DNA of 64,000 bases from an uncultured Verrucomicrobiae bacterium (GTDB lineage: Bacteria; Verrucomicrobiota; Verrucomicrobiia; Chthoniobacterales; UBA10450), in contig CAVYXA010000003.1 in the NCBI GenBank assembly GCA_963772365.1, positions 32,001-96,000 of the forward strand, in the 5' to 3' direction. Each line of letters opens with the position of its first letter. Position 1 is the stretch's first letter. The position numbers were made by a program, and so were the translations under genes. The notes under the pieces were generated by a model. The model was not told the origin of the DNA, made no database searches, and saw only the letters and a list, made by a program, of their open reading frames with translations. Of the stretch, positions 59,739 through 64,000 are shown piece after piece.

Positions 59739-60877
59739 AGATGCCGGCCAAATCAAATCACGCAATCCCATGGTGGGGCTACGTCATTTTTATGGTGCTC
59801 GGGGCGTTCGTTGTAACTCGCATCGTGCAACATCATGTCGCCGCATCCAAAGCGGAGCAGCCTCAGCCGCGCCCGGTGCTCGCGACAAAAGCGATCAGCA
59901 AGAATGTTCCTCTGTACCTGGACGAAATTGGAACGTGCGCGGCCTACGAGACGGTCCAGGTGCAGGCGCAGGTGAGCGGCGTAATCATCTCGCGCGATTT
60001 CCAGGATGGTTCGGATGTGAAGAAAGGCGATTTGCTTTTTACGATTGATCTCCGCCCGTATCAGGCTGCTCTTGACCAGGCGAAAGCGCAGGCCGCACTC
60101 GACCAGCTGACGCTGAAACGACAGGAGGACCTTCGCGCGAGGAAAGTCATATCGCCCCAGGATTACGACACCGCCGTGGCCAATGCGGAAAAATCGAAGG
60201 CAGCCGCGGAAGCCGCGCAAGTGAATCTCGATTTTTGCTACATCAAATCGCCGATCGATGGCCGGGTCGGGTTGCGCAATGTTGATATTGGCAATCTTGT
60301 CGGCCCGTCGAGTCCTCCTTTGGTCACAATTCAGCGGCTCGATCCGATTTACACCGATTTCACTGTGGCCGAGAACGATCTTCCGCTCGTGAGGCAGTAC
60401 CTCGGCGGCCCTCAAGTCAAAGTGCAAACCTACCCGCCCGACAACTCAATCGCGCTGCGAACCGGCGATCTTTATTTCATCGACAATGCCGTCCAGCCCG
60501 GCACCGGCACCGTGAAAGCCCGCGCTGTCACGCCGAATCCGGATCGCGCACTCTGGCCGTCGCAGTTTGTTCGGGTGCGATTCATTCTCGATATGCTCGA
60601 GAATGCGACGCTGGTGCCTTCACCGGCGGTGCAAGTCAGTCAAAGTGGTCCGTTCGTTTTTGTAGTGAAACCGGATAACACTGTCGATCTTCGGCCGGTC
60701 AAACCGGGGCAGCGGCAGGAGGGCGATCTCACAGTGATCAGTAATGGGTTGCACCCAGGGGAAACAGTCGTTGTCACCGGCCAACTAGCACTTGCGCCCG
60801 GAACAAAGGTCGAAGCGAAACCGTATGCCGCTTCCGCAGCTGGCGAGGAAAAGAAAATCGCGGCCGAGAGTCCCTGA
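59735..60877 (+). CDS. RND efflux periplasmic adaptor (MdtA-like)
   Basis: N-terminal TM; VKKGDLLFTID.RPY, IKSPIDGRVG, DNAV..TGTV, LWP.QFV. Confidence 0.9.
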   Translation: MKMPAKSNHAIPWWGYVIFMVLGAFVVTRIVQHHVAASKAEQPQPRPVLATKAISKNVPLYLDEIGTCAAYETVQVQAQVSGVIISRDFQDGSDVKKGDLLFTIDLRPYQAALDQAKAQAALDQLTLKRQEDLRARKVISPQDYDTAVANAEKSKAAAEAAQVNLDFCYIKSPIDGRVGLRNVDIGNLVGPSSPPLVTIQRLDPIYTDFTVAENDLPLVRQYLGGPQVKVQTYPPDNSIALRTGDLYFIDNAVQPGTGTVKARAVTPNPDRALWPSQFVRVRFILDMLENATLVPSPAVQVSQSGPFVFVVKPDNTVDLRPVKPGQRQEGDLTVISNGLHPGETVVVTGQLALAPGTKVEAKPYAASAAGEEKKIAAESP

Positions 60878-60882
60878 TTTCT

Positions 60883-63800
60883 ATGTCGGAACGCGACGAT
60901 CACGACGGGGAAACACACAACGGCGAGCCGCCGCTTCCCGCGCCGAATCGACAACAGCCGGCGCGGCCGTTTACTGCGGGAGTTCCACCTAACGAGACTC
61001 CCGGTGGTAAATTGATTCAGGTCAAGGGCTCGGGGCTTTCCGGGCCATTCATTCGGCGGCCGGTAATGACAGTCCTGCTCACGATCTCGGTCATTGTGGC
61101 GGGAATTACCACTTACAACAAACTGGCGGTAAACGATCTGCCCGCAGTCGATTATCCCGTGATCGAGGTTCGTGTCTCGTATCCCGGGGCCAACCCCACG
61201 ACGATGGCCAATACCATTGCCACGCCGCTCGAAAAACAGTTCATGCAGATTCCCGGGCTCGACATTGTGACCAGCTCGAGCACTCAGGGAAATACGCAGC
61301 TGACGCTTCAATTCGATCTGAGCAAGAGCATTGTCGATGCTGCTACGGATGTGCAGGCGGCAATCCAGCGGGCGAGCGGAAAACTACCCGTCGATTTACC
61401 CAGCCCGCCCACGTTTACCAAAACTAATCCGAACGATCAATCGGTCTATTTGCTGGCCTTAATGTCGGATACGCTCACGGATGCCGATCTTTACAAATAC
61501 GCCTCGACTGCTGTGGCCCAACGAATTGCCATTCTGCCGGGCGTATCTCAGGTAAACATCTACGGTGTTCAAGGCGCGATTCGGATCAAGGCTGACCCGG
61601 CCAGGCTAGCCGTTCGCGGGCTCACCATGGACGATTTGGCCACGGCGATTAAAGCCGGAACTGTGTATTCCGGCGCCGGCCAATTCGATGGGGCGCATCG
61701 GACTTTCATACTTTTGCCTAACGGACAGATCGACCGGGCCGAAGGTTATCGCAATCTGATCATCGCCAGAAATAAAGAGGGCTTGCCAATTTATCTGCGC
61801 GATGTGGCCGATGTATATCAAGGTGTGCAGGACGAACGGCTTTCCCGGTTTTTCTGGATGCGCGGATTCAATCCACCCGGGTCGGTGGTTGTACTGGCGG
61901 TGTCGCGTCAGGCGGGAGCGAACGCTGTCGAAGTGGCGAACTCGGTCAAAGCGTTGTTTCCCGAGCTCAGGGCAAGTTTGCCCGGGTCAATTGCATTCGC
62001 GCCAGTTTTCGATCGCTCCCAGAGCATCGTGAACTCGGTTCATGAAGTGCGATTTACTTTGATCATCGCTTTCCTCCTGGTTTGCATGGTGATCTTCGTC
62101 TTTCTCGGCCGCGCCACTGACACCCTGATTCCTGTCGTAGCCTTGCCGCTCTCTCTGCTGATCACGTTCGCGGCGATGTACATGCTGAATTTCTCGATCA
62201 ACAATTTAACGCTAATGGCGTTGACGCTGGCGATCGGGTTTCTTGTCGATGATGCCATTGTGTTCCTCGAAAATGTGGTGCGCCGGGCCGAGCACGGCGA
62301 ATCGATTGTGCGGGCTGCTTATAACACAGCTGGCGAAATTTCGTTCACGATCCTTTCGATGACGCTGTCGCTGGCTGCGGTATTTATCCCGCTGGTGTTA
62401 CTGCCGGGATTGTTAGGCCGCATTTTCCGCGAGTTTTCTGTGACGATCATTGTCGCGATCCTGGCATCCGGCCTGGTTTCGTTGACGCTCACGCCGCTGA
62501 TGTGTGCCCGGATGCTTCGCGAACACACACCAGGTCACAAGCGGACACGGATGGAAAAATGGACGGGCGATTTCATTCAGCGCGTGATCGCTGGATATGG
62601 CCGTGCGTTGGATAAGTTTCTCGATCGCGCATGGCTGGCAGTCCCCATTCTGATTGGCTGTTTCATCGCCGTTTGGTTCTTCTTCACTCATTTGCCCTTC
62701 ACTCTCCTTCCACCAGGCGACAGCGGTTTCGTGCGCGGGATTTTTATCGCCCAGGAGGGTTCGTCCCCAGCGCAAATGCGCGCCTATCAAAAACAGGTCA
62801 ATGAAAAGATCAAGGAAGACCCGAATGTGGCGCAGTTTTTTACTCTCGCTGGTCTGTCCAGTCGCAGCTCGTCGTCGCAGGGATTAATGTTTTTGTTTTT
62901 GAAGCCGCGCAGCCAGCGACCGTCCATTGATCAGTGCGTTCTCCAATTGCAGAAGTCGATCGGTTCTTTGCCGGGGGTGAGCGCAGTCATGAATCCGAGC
63001 CCCGTGCTCCAGATCAATGTGGGCGCGACGAATCAGACGCAGGGCCAATACGCCTACACCCTCAACGGCATCGTTCCGGATGATGTTTACGCTGCGGCCG
63101 ACGCGCTCATGAACAAACTGAAGCAATTTCAAGGCTTTGCTTCGGTGCGATCCGATTACTATCACAGCACGCCGAATCTCACCATGGACATTGACCGCGA
63201 GCGCGCGGCCAGTTACGGGGTTTCGACTTCGGCTGTGCAGAGTCTTTTGCGGAACGCTTACTCGCAAAACTATGTCTATTTGATCAAAGAACCGGACGAT
63301 CAATATCAGGTCATCCTGGAAGTAAAGGATAGCGAGCGCGAGCATCCCTCCGACCTCAAGGATCTTTATGTGCGTAGTAACGCCAGTGGGGTGGGAAATC
63401 CAAGCGGAACGAGCGGAGGCACCATCGCAACGACCGGCAATGGTTCCAATCTCGTGCCACTTCAATCCGTGATTACTACAAAGCAGACCCTTGGGCCGTT
63501 GGCAGTGAATCATTTAAACCAGTTCACCAGCGTGACCATCAATTTCAATCTGCTCCCGGGTATAGCGATCGGTGGTGCGACAAAATTCATCGAGGACAGT
63601 TTCGCTCAGGTTCATCGTCAGTTCCCGACGGTCCAATCGACCTTTCAGGGCGAGGCTCTCGTCTTTCGGCAACTGTTTCGATCGTTACCGCTGCTGCTGA
63701 TTGGCGCCATTTTTGTCATGTATGTGATTCTCGGGATTCTTTATGAGAGTTACGTCCATCCGATCACGGTGCTTTTCCCGGCGATCGTGCCCGCAGTCGT

Positions 63801-64000
63801 GGGCGGCCTGTTCACGCTCTGGATTTTTGGATCGACATTGTCGCTCTACAGCGTAATCGGCTTGTTCCTTCTTCTCGGCATCGTCAAAAAGAACGGCATT
63901 CTCGTTGTCGATTTCGCGCTCAAACGAATCGACGAAGGCTTGGGGCTGCGTGAGGCGATTCACGAAGCAAGCCTGGAACGGTTTCGCCCGATCATGATGA
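60883..64000 (+). CDS. RND efflux permease (AcrB/MdtB-C family), 3' end runs off the window; absent from the ORF track
   Basis: Frame from ATG 60883 reads FIRRPV, LPAVDYP, GFLVDDAIV.LEN, LYESYVHP, GIVKKNGI, RFRPIMM. Confidence 0.93.
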   Translation, partial: MSERDDHDGETHNGEPPLPAPNRQQPARPFTAGVPPNETPGGKLIQVKGSGLSGPFIRRPVMTVLLTISVIVAGITTYNKLAVNDLPAVDYPVIEVRVSYPGANPTTMANTIATPLEKQFMQIPGLDIVTSSSTQGNTQLTLQFDLSKSIVDAATDVQAAIQRASGKLPVDLPSPPTFTKTNPNDQSVYLLALMSDTLTDADLYKYASTAVAQRIAILPGVSQVNIYGVQGAIRIKADPARLAVRGLTMDDLATAIKAGTVYSGAGQFDGAHRTFILLPNGQIDRAEGYRNLIIARNKEGLPIYLRDVADVYQGVQDERLSRFFWMRGFNPPGSVVVLAVSRQAGANAVEVANSVKALFPELRASLPGSIAFAPVFDRSQSIVNSVHEVRFTLIIAFLLVCMVIFVFLGRATDTLIPVVALPLSLLITFAAMYMLNFSINNLTLMALTLAIGFLVDDAIVFLENVVRRAEHGESIVRAAYNTAGEISFTILSMTLSLAAVFIPLVLLPGLLGRIFREFSVTIIVAILASGLVSLTLTPLMCARMLREHTPGHKRTRMEKWTGDFIQRVIAGYGRALDKFLDRAWLAVPILIGCFIAVWFFFTHLPFTLLPPGDSGFVRGIFIAQEGSSPAQMRAYQKQVNEKIKEDPNVAQFFTLAGLSSRSSSSQGLMFLFLKPRSQRPSIDQCVLQLQKSIGSLPGVSAVMNPSPVLQINVGATNQTQGQYAYTLNGIVPDDVYAAADALMNKLKQFQGFASVRSDYYHSTPNLTMDIDRERAASYGVSTSAVQSLLRNAYSQNYVYLIKEPDDQYQVILEVKDSEREHPSDLKDLYVRSNASGVGNPSGTSGGTIATTGNGSNLVPLQSVITTKQTLGPLAVNHLNQFTSVTINFNLLPGIAIGGATKFIEDSFAQVHRQFPTVQSTFQGEALVFRQLFRSLPLLLIGAIFVMYVILGILYESYVHPITVLFPAIVPAVVGGLFTLWIFGSTLSLYSVIGLFLLLGIVKKNGILVVDFALKRIDEGLGLREAIHEASLERFRPIMM

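Noticed and set aside
1..64000. CRISPR arrays, tRNA and rRNA genes
   Set aside because: No regularly spaced repeat-spacer array, cloverleaf or rRNA-like tract was recognised; repeats are dispersed palindromes

Overview
Bacterial chromosomal window. Gene content and style (long-form IspG, nusA operon without rimP, DUF content, REP-like repeats) suggest a soil Verrucomicrobia/Chthoniobacterales-like organism; this is an inference, not a search result. Housekeeping blocks (glgX, rpmE-prfA-prmC-murA, nfo, accA, kbl, folB, ispG, typA, nusA-infB-rbfA-nrnA-truB-ribF, RND efflux) surround a ~16.4 kb co-oriented minus-strand respiratory island (23.7-40.0 kb). The island encodes an MtrA/MtrB-type porin-cytochrome conduit with an 8-heme cytochrome, two paralogous monoheme cytochromes, a 7-heme ImcH-like NapC/NirT membrane cytochrome, a low-potential-type Rieske/cytochrome b complex with a 9-heme partner, and a complete ba3-type oxygen reductase (including a small subunit IIa gene missing from the ORF track) plus SCO. 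A USP/cNMP/PocR-AraC/AraC regulator cassette precedes it, and two of its upstream regions share a 21/23-bp motif. The island lies between two ybdK paralogues that belong to two parts of an ATP-grasp/carboxylate-amine ligase/peptidase system. Many single-base frame breaks, including in murA, are most likely sequencing or assembly indels. All family assignments come from motif recognition by eye; no database searches were run.
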